DNA of 64,000 bases from Nannocystales bacterium (GCA_050633305.1 JBOEGF010000018.1:896001-960000), one strand, 5' to 3'; shown: positions 28,623 through 39,182, numbered from the stretch's first letter. Numbers and translations are program-made. Notes: a model not told the origin generated them from the letters alone.

Positions 28623-30374
28623 CTACTGGGGCAGGAGGCTGGACAGCGTTTGTCGGCTGCGGGCGACCTCCACCTCGACGTCGAGGTCTTCGAACCATCC
28701 GAAGAACTCTTCGAGCTGGTTCTTTTGCTCAGGGCTGAGGTAGTCGAAGTTGGTGCCGCGATCGTTGACTTCCCAGAACTCGCGGGTGTCGAGGCTACGT
28801 AGTTCCTGCCAGATGCTGTGCAGCCGCGCGGCGGGCTCGTCGTGCATGTCGAGCTGGATCTCGCGAGCGTACTCGGGCTCGCCGCGCATCAGGTAGGTTG
28901 TCGCGAGCTTGATCTGCGCCCGTCGGACTCCCCGCAAGGTCTTCTCTTGTTCCTTGGTCTCGGCATGCTCGTCGACCGCCAAGAAGACCTGGAGGAACTC
29001 GCGGTGCTCGCGGATGCCCTTGTCGAGGGCTTTCTCGCACAGCGTTCCGATGTCGTGGGCGATGACCTCAGAGACGAAGGGCATGCCGCGCGAGTAGCTG
29101 ACCGAGCTGTAGTAGCGCATGAACCGAGCGATCTGCAGCGCCCGGTGCTGGAGCTTCTGGGAGAGGTCCGGGCTGGCATCGGGCTCACCGGCGAGCACCG
29201 CCTCGGCCAGCTGTCGGTACTGATGCAGGATGTTGTACGCGGTCCGGATGTCCTTCGCGTTGACCGTGGCGCGTAGGTAGGTGTTGAAGAACTTGATCGC
29301 CAGGTCGAGCGCCCAGAGATCGCCGCGTCGTCCCGCGGCCTCGCCGAGGCGCCGAGTGTCGATGGCGATGAGGTAGCAGGTGTCCTTGATCTGGCCGAGG
29401 GACTCCGTGAACAACATCTGGTACTGCCGCAGCAGCTTCCACTCGACCCAGGTGCCGCGCTCCTCGAGGTCGCCGACGGCCTCCTCGCTGAGGCTGACGA
29501 AGTCGGGGCTTTGACGGTTCCATCCACGCACCTGCGACCATTCCTTGCGCATGGCGGCCTTGGACTCGCCGTAGCGGATGCCGAACTCGCACAGGGAGTC
29601 GATCGCTCCGGAGGTGATCCCTTTGTCCTTCTGCTGGAGCGCGTTGAGTCCGATGTTGGCGAGGTGTTCGATCGCCTCGATGGCCTGGGCCTGTCGGACG
29701 TCGGTGCGGCTGCTCCCGCCCTTGGTCGGGGTGGCTGCGGACAAGCCGTCCACCATGATCCGGCCGACGATTTTTTCGGGGTCCAGGAAGTCGAACACGT
29801 AGGCGAAGTACGGGAACAGCAGCAGTAGGCTGGCCGTCATCAAGAGCATCGAGACCAACACCCCGGATTGGGGGAGGTAGCTCTCGCCGACGGAGAAGTT
29901 GACCCACAGCACGTACACCGTCGAGGTGACGAAGAACGCCAGCACCAGGAGGTTGGTTCGTGCGCGGAAGAACAGAGACGTGATGTGGGGGGTGAAGCGG
30001 GTCGCCGCCAACTGCACGATGATCGAGGACACGGTCAGGGCGAGCCCCAACACGGCGGCCATGACCTCGCCCAAGCCGCCGAGCGTGTTTCGGGCTTGTT
30101 CGATGTCTTGGTCCGAGAGGGATCGCAGCAGGCCTGCGACGGTCACGCGCTCGCCCGGGACGCTTGCCGAGAGAAGTTGGTCGGTCCAGAAGGATGCGAG
30201 GAAGATCAGGGCCGCGACGCCGAAGATGCCCAAGAAGGGGACGGACCAGGTGCGCAGGGGCGCTGTGGCTCGGCTCACGCGACCGACTTGGCCGAGGAGA
30301 CTGACCAGACGGCTCCGGCTGCCGCCCTGGCCGAGGTCGTCGTCACCGGAGGGCGTGTGCGGGCCCGAGGACAC
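28623..30374 (-). CDS. DUF2254-like membrane protein
   Basis: Four TM helices with IIVQLAATRFTP, then a helical cytoplasmic domain; start uncertain. Confidence 0.65.
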   Translation of the reverse strand: MSSGPHTPSGDDDLGQGGSRSRLVSLLGQVGRVSRATAPLRTWSVPFLGIFGVAALIFLASFWTDQLLSASVPGERVTVAGLLRSLSDQDIEQARNTLGGLGEVMAAVLGLALTVSSIIVQLAATRFTPHITSLFFRARTNLLVLAFFVTSTVYVLWVNFSVGESYLPQSGVLVSMLLMTASLLLLFPYFAYVFDFLDPEKIVGRIMVDGLSAATPTKGGSSRTDVRQAQAIEAIEHLANIGLNALQQKDKGITSGAIDSLCEFGIRYGESKAAMRKEWSQVRGWNRQSPDFVSLSEEAVGDLEERGTWVEWKLLRQYQMLFTESLGQIKDTCYLIAIDTRRLGEAAGRRGDLWALDLAIKFFNTYLRATVNAKDIRTAYNILHQYRQLAEAVLAGEPDASPDLSQKLQHRALQIARFMRYYSSVSYSRGMPFVSEVIAHDIGTLCEKALDKGIREHREFLQVFLAVDEHAETKEQEKTLRGVRRAQIKLATTYLMRGEPEYAREIQLDMHDEPAARLHSIWQELRSLDTREFWEVNDRGTNFDYLSPEQKNQLEEFFGWFEDLDVEVEVARSRQTLSSLLPQ

Positions 30375-30457
30375 CGCTGAGACGGTAGCAGAACGCGTAG
30401 GCGGGCGGTACAGTCGTTGTATGCGGCAGTCTACACGAGACCGCCCTTGGAGCTCGA

Positions 30458-31261
30458 ATGCTGCTTTGCGTCGACGTCGGAAACTCTCACACGACGCTTG
30501 GGGTCTTTGAAGGTGCCGCGCTGCGCTGCGAGCTGCGCGTGAGCACGAGGCGCGGCTGGACCCGTGACGAGGTCGCTGCTGCGCTTGCCCAGGCACTCAA
30601 CCTCGCGGGGCTCGGCTTCGACGCCCTCACGGACGCCGTCGTGGCGTGTGTCGTCCCACCTGCGCTCGTGCCTTTGTGCGAAGCGCTGCGACAATACGCC
30701 CAGCTCGATCCCTTGGTGGTCGGCCCCGGCACCAAGACCGGGATGCCGATCCGCTACGACCCACCGCAGGACGTTGGAGCGGATCGCATCGTTACGGCGG
30801 TGGCGGCTCACGGGCGGTACGGCCGGGCCGAGGATGGGTCACCGCGTGGTGTGGTGGTCGTGGACTTCGGCACGGCGACCACCTTCGACGTGGTCTCCCC
30901 AACTCCGGAATACCTCGGGGGCGCGATCGCTCCGGGCATCGGAATCAGCGCCGACGCGTTGTTTGCGAGGGCGGCAAGGCTGCCACGGGTCGACGCCCAG
31001 CGCCCCGCATCCGTGGTCGGCCGGAACACAGTGGCCGCGATCCAATCGGGGCTGGTGCTGGGCTACGTCGGACTGGTCGAGGGCCTCATTGTTCGGATCA
31101 AGGCGGAGCTCACCTGGCCGGTGTGGGTCATCGCCACCGGGGGCTTTGCCCGAACGATCGCCGTCGAGTCGACCGTGATCGACGAGGTCGACGATGCACT
31201 GGTCCTCGAAGGCCTGCGAGACATCCACGGCCGCAACCGCAAACTCGAGAAGGACGACTGA
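30458..31261 (+). CDS. coaX: Type III pantothenate kinase
   Basis: LCVDVGNSHT, VGADRI, VVDFGTATTFD, GGAIAPG, VIATGG. Confidence 0.95.
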   Translation: MLLCVDVGNSHTTLGVFEGAALRCELRVSTRRGWTRDEVAAALAQALNLAGLGFDALTDAVVACVVPPALVPLCEALRQYAQLDPLVVGPGTKTGMPIRYDPPQDVGADRIVTAVAAHGRYGRAEDGSPRGVVVVDFGTATTFDVVSPTPEYLGGAIAPGIGISADALFARAARLPRVDAQRPASVVGRNTVAAIQSGLVLGYVGLVEGLIVRIKAELTWPVWVIATGGFARTIAVESTVIDEVDDALVLEGLRDIHGRNRKLEKDD

Positions 31262-31263
31262 TC

Positions 31264-32529
31264 ATGGCGTACGACCATCAACCGCTCACGCAGCAAGAGA
31301 TGGGTGCCGGCCCTTGGAAAATGGTCGGGCCCGATGCGCCCCCGCCAATGCGCCAGATGGTCGCCGGCGGCATGGCTCCGCTTCCCCCGCGCGAGCTGTT
31401 GATCGCGCTGTATCACCTCTGGCTCGACGATCCCGCCGGACTCGGTGAGCAGGCGGCGAAGACGTTGCTCGGCTTGCCGCCGGCGCTTCTCGACGGGGGG
31501 CTCAGTGAACCCGGATTGCCCGCGGGCGTGCTCGACTTCGTCGCACGTCGAATGGCGCGCAAGGAGGCCGTCCTCGAGAAGGTCGTTCGTCACCCGGTGG
31601 TCCACGACGAGACCTTGGCTGCGGTCGCGCGTGCGTGCCCTGAGGGCATCTGCGACATCCTGGCCGAGAACCAGCAGCGATGGTTGTCGTTCCCAACGAT
31701 CGTCGAGGCGCTTTACCAAAACCCCAACTGTCGGATGAGCGTGGCGCAGCGGATGCTCGAGCTTGCGGTGCGTCAGGGCGTGGACCTCAAGCTCCCCAAC
31801 ATCGAGGAGATCAAGGCCGCGCTCGGGGACGGTGCCGCGCCTGCTGCTTCGGGGACCGAAGACGACGCGTTCCGTTCGGCGATGGGAAGCGAAGTGCTGG
31901 CGCAGCACGACCGCTACGTCGACACGCTGGAGAACTCGGGGGTGGGGGAGGATGTTTCGCCCGAAGAGCTTCGCGAGGCGCCGTCGGCCTACGACGGGCT
32001 CGACCTCGACGCGCTGCTCGCAGGCGGGCCGACTGACAACCTTTCGTTGCCGATGGATGCCGCGGACGGTGGCACGGAGGCGACCGCGTCCGCGGCGGAG
32101 GCGGAAGCCGAAGAGCAACCCAAGGGCGATCGGCTGTCGCAGATCAGCGTGCTTCCGGTCATGCAGAAGATGCGCCTGGCAATGTTGGGCAACAGCTTCG
32201 AGCGCTCCGTCCTCGTCCGGGACTCGAACAAGCAGGTCGCGATGAGCGCGATCAAGTCGCCGCGAGTCAAGGAGAACGAGGCCATCGCCTATGCGGCGAA
32301 CCGGGCGCTGTCCCACGACGTCATTCGGCACATCGCGGCCCGGAAAGAGTGGATGAAGCTGTATCAGCTCAAGCTCAACCTGGTCCTCAACCCGAAGACT
32401 CCGCTGTCTTCGGCCATGTCGCTGCTCAACCACCTGCACCCCCACGACATCCGCAAGGTGTCTCGGTCTAGGAACATTCCGGCGGCATTGTCGAAAGCCG
32501 CGAAACGTAAAGAGCAACAGCGGCGTTGA
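31264..32529 (+). CDS. Conserved hypothetical helical-repeat protein
   Basis: ATG 2 nt after the coaX stop; C-terminal QKMRLAMLGN..LVRDSNK..LVLNPKTP domain that I recognise from deltaproteobacterial hypotheticals. Confidence 0.7.
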   Translation: MAYDHQPLTQQEMGAGPWKMVGPDAPPPMRQMVAGGMAPLPPRELLIALYHLWLDDPAGLGEQAAKTLLGLPPALLDGGLSEPGLPAGVLDFVARRMARKEAVLEKVVRHPVVHDETLAAVARACPEGICDILAENQQRWLSFPTIVEALYQNPNCRMSVAQRMLELAVRQGVDLKLPNIEEIKAALGDGAAPAASGTEDDAFRSAMGSEVLAQHDRYVDTLENSGVGEDVSPEELREAPSAYDGLDLDALLAGGPTDNLSLPMDAADGGTEATASAAEAEAEEQPKGDRLSQISVLPVMQKMRLAMLGNSFERSVLVRDSNKQVAMSAIKSPRVKENEAIAYAANRALSHDVIRHIAARKEWMKLYQLKLNLVLNPKTPLSSAMSLLNHLHPHDIRKVSRSRNIPAALSKAAKRKEQQRR

Positions 32530-32539
32530 CCCTCCGAGA

Positions 32540-33025
32540 ATGTCGGATCGGTTCCCAATCTCCGCGACGGTCCGCGCGCTTCGGCGGTGGGGTGGAGTCT
32601 TGTTCGCCCCTCGGCGCACGGTCGCGGAGCTTCCGATCGACGAGGGCAGGCGGGATGGGTTGCTCCTGGGGACTCTGTACGTCGTCGGGACGGCGCTGTA
32701 TCCGATGACAGAGACGATCGCGACGGTGGCCTCCACGCACAGCCTCGTCGCGTTGGCGTCCGGGGTCGCACGGGTGTTGCTCACGCCGATCGTCGTCCTG
32801 GTCCTGGCCGAGACCCTCCTCGGCGGATCGCGAGGCTATCGCGGGAGCCTGTTCCTGGTGCCGCTGGTGGTATTGGGAACCGTGGCCCATGCGTTGGTGA
32901 GTTTCCAACTCGTCGGCATCCCCGCCCTCTGGCCGGACTTCGCTGGCGCCGCCGCGGCAGGCGCTTTGGCGCTTTGGTCCCGGAAGTCGATTCCAACCGA
33001 ACCCGCAGCGGAAGCGAGCCCATGA
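32540..33025 (+). CDS. Hypothetical membrane protein
   Basis: About four hydrophobic segments; ATGA overlap with the next gene. Confidence 0.6.
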   Translation: MSDRFPISATVRALRRWGGVLFAPRRTVAELPIDEGRRDGLLLGTLYVVGTALYPMTETIATVASTHSLVALASGVARVLLTPIVVLVLAETLLGGSRGYRGSLFLVPLVVLGTVAHALVSFQLVGIPALWPDFAGAAAAGALALWSRKSIPTEPAAEASP

Positions 33026-33573
33026 AACACCTTCAGACCTTTGTTGGCGCGTCGGTGCTTCTCGGTGTGTTGTCGATCGGGGCCTACGATGCGATGAAAG
33101 CGGTCCGCAACTGGGACTCGATGGGGCCGGCGGCGCCGGGGACGTCGCTGGAGACGTTCGCGGTGCAACGTCTCGACGGCGAACGGTTCGAGCACGCGGA
33201 CCTTCTGGGCAAGGTCAGCATCGTGACGTTCTGGGCGACATGGTGCGGCCCTTGTCAGAGCGAGCTCGCCGACCTCGACGAACTGGACGACGACTATGCG
33301 GGCCGCACCGATGTCCAGTTTGTCGCTGTGAACTGGGAGGGGGGCGGGTACACGCCTGGGCAGCGCCAAACGTTGACCGCGTCTCACGTCCAGAGCATCG
33401 GGCTTGGCCTCCCCGTCGCGGTGGACGATGGAGCGATGGCCCGCGCGCTACGGGTTCGCGGCGTGCCACACACCCTGGTGGTCGATGCGGAGGGTGTTGT
33501 TCGGCACGTCTACCCTGGTCGCGTACGAGCCGCGACCATCGCGGACGATATCGCCGACCTAACGGGCGAGTGA
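33022..33573 (+). CDS. TlpA-like thiol-disulfide oxidoreductase
   Basis: N-terminal TM anchor, FWATWCGPC, VRGVPHTLVVD. Confidence 0.88.
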   Translation: MKHLQTFVGASVLLGVLSIGAYDAMKAVRNWDSMGPAAPGTSLETFAVQRLDGERFEHADLLGKVSIVTFWATWCGPCQSELADLDELDDDYAGRTDVQFVAVNWEGGGYTPGQRQTLTASHVQSIGLGLPVAVDDGAMARALRVRGVPHTLVVDAEGVVRHVYPGRVRAATIADDIADLTGE

Positions 33574-35223
33574 AAGCGTGTTACTGCCTGTTCGGATCTC
33601 GGCGACCTGCAGCTGCTGGCCCTCGTGTTCGCGTGTGATCTGGAGCTGTTCGGAGACGGTGATCTCCGGTGGCATGTCCACAGCGACGACGTAGCTGGCC
33701 CCATCGCCCATCGGGCCGTAGACCCCGTCCAGTGTTCGCTCGCCCAGGCCGGGAAGACGGAGGTGGACGGGTTCGCTGCCATCGGTCACGAGGCCTTCGG
33801 CGGCGCCCTGGGTGATGAACCAGGTCTCCTCGTCTGCGACGGGGTCGACGAGCCCGACGAGGACTCGTCGCTGGGAGTTGGGCGCAGCGTCGGCCGCACC
33901 CCATCCGGTGATCTCTTCGATGAACGGCAGGACCTTGCCCCACGTCCAGTCGCTGACCCACGTGTTTCCACAGTAGGTCATGTAGTCCTTGCCGTTGGTG
34001 GGCGTGTACAGCGTGAAGTCCAGGATGCCAAAGCCCCACACGCCGAGGTCGCCAGCTTCGTACGGGTACGAGGGATCGGGCCCGCCCTCGTCCCCATTGC
34101 AGTACACATGGCGGCGTCCCTGCGTGTGGCCGACCTCGTGTACGAAGGTATCGGCCGTCGAGCTGAGGCTGCCGTACCAACGACCCATCGACACGCGTGT
34201 CCAGGCGTTGTCGAGGGTGGGGAAGTCCGGGATGCTGATCGCTTGCCCGCCAACACCTTCGGCTCCGCCATCGCATGGCTGCACCACACCGTAGTAGTAG
34301 GCGGCGGGGTCGGCGTTGTCTTGGGCTCGAAGATCGGCGAGGAAACCGAGCAGAGGGCTAAAGGAGTTGAGGGATCCCGAGTACGTGGTGGGCTCGCGCC
34401 GCTCGATCTCAACCCGCTGGACCGGGTTCTGCATGAACAGCTGGTCTGCGAGGTACTGCATCTCGTCGTCGGTGACCTCGGGAGCGGCGGGGCACTGAGG
34501 ACCGGCATCGTGGCGGACCGGAACGAGGACGACCTTGAGCGCGAGATCTTTGTCCTCGACTCCGAGGAAGCCGGGTTGGGGCGGGTATGCGAACTGGTCC
34601 GGCTCGGGCAAGCCCTCGTACCCATACTCGGTCTCGTACAACTCGATCTGGAACTTCACGCCGACGGGAAGCAGCTCCCCGGGCACGACGAAGTACATGT
34701 TGGTGTCGATGTCGGAGGGCTGGCTGGGACCGTTGACTTCGAACGTGCGGTCCGCGACCTCCTCGGTGCCGTCGGGGTAGCTGATGATGAGCCGCGCCAT
34801 GATGATGCGGGGCTCAAAGCCTTCGTCGAGATCCCAGTAGCCGCGAATCAGGGTCGTGCGTTCGGGGATGAGGGCGGCGTTGCGTCCCGTTCCGTCGACC
34901 CAGATGCCGTCCCGGACGATCGGAACGCCGACACCCTGGTTGGCGAAGACTTCAGAGAGCCGAATGCCGCGGGCGGGGTACGGCTCGAACTCGGGCTCGA
35001 TCGCGGTGGTGCTGCTCTCGTCGGCACCTGAGGTCCCCGATGAACTCACGGAGTCGGAGTCGTCCGGCGTCGTCGAGTCCTGGCTCGTACTCTCAGCGGA
35101 CGGGCCGCCCGTCCCTCCGGCGTCGGCCGAGTCGGTGTCTGCGCCGCTTGCCGGGGCGCACGCCACCAATGTGCTGCCCAAGGCGAGCGCCAGCCACTTC
35201 GTCGAATCGAGCGTCCCGTTCAT
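33559..35223 (-). CDS. Lipoprotein zinc metallopeptidase (metzincin, M66-like)
   Basis: Lipobox LVAC; HEVGHTQGRRH zinc motif; DPSYPY, WGFG and Met-turn DYMTYC. Confidence 0.8.
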   Translation of the reverse strand: MNGTLDSTKWLALALGSTLVACAPASGADTDSADAGGTGGPSAESTSQDSTTPDDSDSVSSSGTSGADESSTTAIEPEFEPYPARGIRLSEVFANQGVGVPIVRDGIWVDGTGRNAALIPERTTLIRGYWDLDEGFEPRIIMARLIISYPDGTEEVADRTFEVNGPSQPSDIDTNMYFVVPGELLPVGVKFQIELYETEYGYEGLPEPDQFAYPPQPGFLGVEDKDLALKVVLVPVRHDAGPQCPAAPEVTDDEMQYLADQLFMQNPVQRVEIERREPTTYSGSLNSFSPLLGFLADLRAQDNADPAAYYYGVVQPCDGGAEGVGGQAISIPDFPTLDNAWTRVSMGRWYGSLSSTADTFVHEVGHTQGRRHVYCNGDEGGPDPSYPYEAGDLGVWGFGILDFTLYTPTNGKDYMTYCGNTWVSDWTWGKVLPFIEEITGWGAADAAPNSQRRVLVGLVDPVADEETWFITQGAAEGLVTDGSEPVHLRLPGLGERTLDGVYGPMGDGASYVVAVDMPPEITVSEQLQITREHEGQQLQVAEIRTGSNTLSLAR

Positions 35224-35299
35224 GGAGGCCACGCTACGTCGCGCAGCCGGCGCGTTCAATAGGTTTGTCGCTTTCGTATGGAGTTTTGGCCTGTGCCTG

Positions 35300-37615
35300 T
35301 CAGTTGCGGGAGGAATCCCGAACTCTTGCGACGTTGAGGACCAGAACGCCGAGGACCGGGACCGCGGCGAATGCGTAGGCAAACAGCGCGATCGAGTCGA
35401 CGACGGACGTCGCGAGCAGGCCCCCAAGCAGGGGCAACGCACAAACAGCAAGGGGGACGAGGACCGATCCCCCTTGTCCCAGCAGTCGCCGCGCGGGTTC
35501 ACGGACCAACAGAGCCCAGCCCAGCGTGGTGCTTGCCGCGAGGACGAGCGCCGCGAAAGCAAGCAGTTGGATGCCCCACCCTGGCTGCTGGTGCTCGACG
35601 CGTCGAACGAGCGCCCGGACGTCGGCGCCGGGTCGGTACGGCGGGCTGAAGCCGGCCGCGATCAGCTCGGCCGGGTGTGGCTCGTAGAGCTCTCGCTCTT
35701 GGGGCCCGCGCACCCGAAGGTCGTCGTGCACCGGGACGAGGCTGCTCCGCGACTCGGCCGCCGGGGGAAGCCGAGAGCCGCCGTGGACCTCGACCTTCAG
35801 CGCGACGTCGGGCAGCACCGCAAAGGGGCCACTGAGCTTGTCGTCCTGTGCGATTTTTCGCAGGTCCTCCCACGCGGAGTCGAGGACGTCGACGCGAATG
35901 CGCTTGCCGTCCATGCGCGTCGCGACCGGAATCCGGAGGTCTTTGTCCGCGCCATCAGCATGGCGAATGACGATCTCCTCGAGGTCCAAGAGGCTGTTCC
36001 ACGGGGGCGCCTCGAGGGTGCCGACCCGGTTCACGCGCAGGATGTCGATGCCGCGCGGGTCGGCACGAAGCTCGACGGCCAGCTGCGAGCCGAGCTCCGC
36101 GTCGAAGCCCTCCGCGGCCGCGAACGCGACGGGTGGAACGGCCCCCTGCGCGTCGACGAACGGGCCGCTGAATTGGTTGCGGAAGAACTCGTGCAGGCGG
36201 GGGTTGAACGCCGAGTCCTCCCCTCGGTACTCGAACATCGCCAAGTGTTCGCCGAGGTCCTCGTCCGGGCTGTTGGCGAGCGCGACCGAGCCCACAAACT
36301 TGAAGTCGCCGACGTTGACGTAGGGCGCGGGGTCGAGTTCGTGGAAGGCCGCGAACTTGCTGAAGACCAGCTCGGGGTCCTTGGGGGTGAGCCGAACGAA
36401 CTGGGCGTTGTTGCTGTCACCGCCGAACACCTCCCGGTTGCAGGGGATGGCCATGTCCCAGGCGGCTTGCCTCGCTCGTCGGGGATCGCGGGCCCGGAAG
36501 GTGACGGTATCGACCTGAGCCGATACCGCCCAGTTCGGGAGAATCACCGCGTTCTCTCGGTCGAGGAGCTTGGCCATCTTGTGGCCGCGGGGATCCGCCC
36601 GCAGCATCATTGCGTACTCGCGGCCCTTCTCCATCGGGGTGTCTGCGCGCAACACCACGGTCTGTCCGACTTGTTTACTGGCCCGGAGCCCTCGCGAGTC
36701 CGGACGCTCGAGCGGGTAGAGGCGCTCGCCCGCGATGGGGGGCTCGGGCGGGGCGGACAGGACCAGGAGGCCGGCCAGAGACGCGAGCACGCCGATGACC
36801 AACATCGGAATGACCATGACCGACGCGCCCGCATCATCGGGAGTGACGGCCTCGTCGTTGTGCGTGACGGCGGCAGCGGCGGCACCCACCGCCAGGTCGG
36901 CGCCACTGACCGCTCGCATCATTCCATGCGCGATCAAGACCGAGAGCGCTCCGCCGACGGTCCCAGCGGTGGCGCTCTGCAACCCGAATGCTTCGTTGAT
37001 CGCGTCGCCGACTGCGAGCTGCAGTGCGAACGGGTCGTCCGAGACGGTCCCGGCAACCACCGCGGCGAAGGCGGTGAGCCCCAGCAGCGGCAGCCATCGG
37101 ATCGCCAACGTGGTGAGACTGGGCATGCGGGAGGCGGCGAGGGCGATCACGGCGACCGCTGCGGCGCCGAAGACCGCCGGGAGCTGAAGGCTCGCTTCGA
37201 GGACGAGTCCCGCCTGGCTGCCTTGCCACAAGCCGCCGCCGATCAGCGCAACCCCGAGCAGACCCACGCTCGCCCAGCCGGGCAGCGCCGGCTTGCCCTG
37301 CGCCACGGCTTGACGGGCGAGCTTGGCTTCGCCGAAGTGGAGGCCCATCCCGAGCAAGCCGGCGATCCACATCCAGACCAGCGCGCCGGGTCCGGCCACA
37401 TTCACGGCCATCACGGCCGCGGTGATCGTGGTCAGCGAGGCGCTGGTCGCTACGAGAACTGCAGGGCCGCTGGGCGTGCCGACGCTCCACCCCTTTGCCA
37501 CGCGGCCGAGGCGGCGCAGCGGAAGCGCGCCGGTCCCCACCATCAACAGCAGGCCAGCGCACAGGACAAAACCACCCAGCAGGGGGTTCCACAGACCTTC
37601 GAGGAGCCGCTCCAT
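35300..37615 (-). CDS. Divergent alanine/glycine:cation symporter (AGCS)-like protein with a large soluble insertion
   Basis: GPGALVWMWIAGLLGM..FGE and AFGLQSATAG..G..RAV AGCS-like segments; long hydrophilic insert before the last TM helices. Confidence 0.6.
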   Translation of the reverse strand: MERLLEGLWNPLLGGFVLCAGLLLMVGTGALPLRRLGRVAKGWSVGTPSGPAVLVATSASLTTITAAVMAVNVAGPGALVWMWIAGLLGMGLHFGEAKLARQAVAQGKPALPGWASVGLLGVALIGGGLWQGSQAGLVLEASLQLPAVFGAAAVAVIALAASRMPSLTTLAIRWLPLLGLTAFAAVVAGTVSDDPFALQLAVGDAINEAFGLQSATAGTVGGALSVLIAHGMMRAVSGADLAVGAAAAAVTHNDEAVTPDDAGASVMVIPMLVIGVLASLAGLLVLSAPPEPPIAGERLYPLERPDSRGLRASKQVGQTVVLRADTPMEKGREYAMMLRADPRGHKMAKLLDRENAVILPNWAVSAQVDTVTFRARDPRRARQAAWDMAIPCNREVFGGDSNNAQFVRLTPKDPELVFSKFAAFHELDPAPYVNVGDFKFVGSVALANSPDEDLGEHLAMFEYRGEDSAFNPRLHEFFRNQFSGPFVDAQGAVPPVAFAAAEGFDAELGSQLAVELRADPRGIDILRVNRVGTLEAPPWNSLLDLEEIVIRHADGADKDLRIPVATRMDGKRIRVDVLDSAWEDLRKIAQDDKLSGPFAVLPDVALKVEVHGGSRLPPAAESRSSLVPVHDDLRVRGPQERELYEPHPAELIAAGFSPPYRPGADVRALVRRVEHQQPGWGIQLLAFAALVLAASTTLGWALLVREPARRLLGQGGSVLVPLAVCALPLLGGLLATSVVDSIALFAYAFAAVPVLGVLVLNVARVRDSSRN

Positions 37616-37692
37616 GATGCGGGGGCAGCCTCGCAGGTCCTTCCCCTGCCGTAAAGCGCTGCTGTGCCAACCACGTTGGCGTTCTGGAGGGG

Positions 37693-39096
37693 CTACAGCT
37701 TCTTTGCGAGCGCTTCGAGTCTGGCGGTGGCTTCGCCCGTCGCGTCACGCACGAGGTCCGATCGCAGCCATGCGCTCAGCTGTCCTGGCTCGATACGCCA
37801 TTGTCCGCCGACCATGAGTCCGTGCAGTGCGCTCGACGTGTCGCAGTAGGCCAGGGCGCGCAGGAGATCGCGGCCAGGCCACACGGAGGGGTGGTCGGGG
37901 TCGAGGACTACGAAGTCGGCTTCTGCACCGGCTTCGATCACGCCGGCTGTGAAGGCGGGGTGGAGGCGGCCGGGCACGCTCCACACCGAAGCGAGGAGGG
38001 TTTTTGGCTCGGCGAGGACGCCGTGGGTGTCGAGGTCGGCGGTTCGTTTCGCGTCCACCGCCTGGGCCGCGGCAACCGACGGGTTGCGCCGAAACGCATC
38101 GAACGAGACGCCGCTGCTCGGCCCAAAACCACGGATCCCCGCTACGCTCACCAGCTCCCGCTGGACGTTCATCGAGTCGTTCGATACCGAACAGTCGGTC
38201 CCCACGATCCAGGGGATCCCCGCCGCATGCCAGCTGGGGACATGCGCAGGAAAACAGAATTGCTGCTGGGACAGGGGGCAGTACCCGAGTGCGTGCCGGG
38301 AGGGGTCCAATCGCTGCAGATCGCGTTCGCTGACGTAGATCGCGTGGACAGCGAGCAGCGCGGGGACGTCGGCCAGGACGCCCATCGACTCAAGCCACGC
38401 CAGCGGCGAGAGCCCATGCCGCTCGTCGATGCGTGCGTACTCCTCGATCGACTGGGCGACATGCGCGTGGACCGGAAGCCCATGCGTTTGCGCGAGCGAG
38501 ACGACCTCGCGCCACAGGGACGCGCTCACGGTGTCGGTCGCGTGGGGGCCCAGGGCGGCGTGAATCCCCCGCGTGCTCCAGGATTCTGCGGCGAGAGCTT
38601 CGGTCGCCTGAAGTTGCGGCTCCCGTTGCTCGACGCCCGGCCCATCGAGATCCTGAAGCGTTGGGGCGATGACCCCGCGAAGGCCGACGTCGTGCATCCC
38701 CGCGGCGACGGACTCTGCGAAGTAGTAGTGGTCCCACACCCGGGCCACGCCGTGGCGCAGACTCTCCAGCGCGCCCAGCCGGGTGAACGCGCGCACGTCT
38801 TCGGGGCAGAGCGACGTCTCGAGTTTGTAGAAGAGGTCTTCGACGACGTTGCCACGCAATGCGTCGTTGCCGATGAGCCCCCGAAATCCCCCCATCGACA
38901 GGTGGGTGTGGGCGTTGATGAAGGCGGGGGCGACCAGGAGGCCGCCGAGGTTGTCGTCGACGGGGCTCGAGGCCTCGCCCTCGGTGACCGCGGTGATCTT
39001 CCCCGCCTCGACGGAAATCGTCGCCGGTCGCACGCGAAGCGTCTCGGCCTCACCCAGGACGACGTTGCGCGCGTGAAGGGTCCGAACCGTCACCAT
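37693..39096 (-). CDS. Metal-dependent amidohydrolase (MTA/SAH deaminase-like)
   Basis: PAFINAHTH, GPHATDT, HAHVAQS, AVHAI, VGTD, GAEADFVVLD. Confidence 0.82.
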   Translation of the reverse strand: MVTVRTLHARNVVLGEAETLRVRPATISVEAGKITAVTEGEASSPVDDNLGGLLVAPAFINAHTHLSMGGFRGLIGNDALRGNVVEDLFYKLETSLCPEDVRAFTRLGALESLRHGVARVWDHYYFAESVAAGMHDVGLRGVIAPTLQDLDGPGVEQREPQLQATEALAAESWSTRGIHAALGPHATDTVSASLWREVVSLAQTHGLPVHAHVAQSIEEYARIDERHGLSPLAWLESMGVLADVPALLAVHAIYVSERDLQRLDPSRHALGYCPLSQQQFCFPAHVPSWHAAGIPWIVGTDCSVSNDSMNVQRELVSVAGIRGFGPSSGVSFDAFRRNPSVAAAQAVDAKRTADLDTHGVLAEPKTLLASVWSVPGRLHPAFTAGVIEAGAEADFVVLDPDHPSVWPGRDLLRALAYCDTSSALHGLMVGGQWRIEPGQLSAWLRSDLVRDATGEATARLEALAKKL

Positions 39097-39182
39097 GGTC
39101 ACCGTAGCAGTTCGTGGACGTCCGAACGGGAAGCCCGCCGTTGGTCGCATCGCTCGGATCTCAGGCGTGCTACACCGGGTCG

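Noticed and set aside
34856..37654. 932-aa plus-strand ORF, and similar long antisense ORFs (14050..16629, 19049..21241, 52438..54687, 6626..8140)
   Set aside because: Shadow frames of real genes in high-GC DNA; no motifs, and they overlap well-supported genes.
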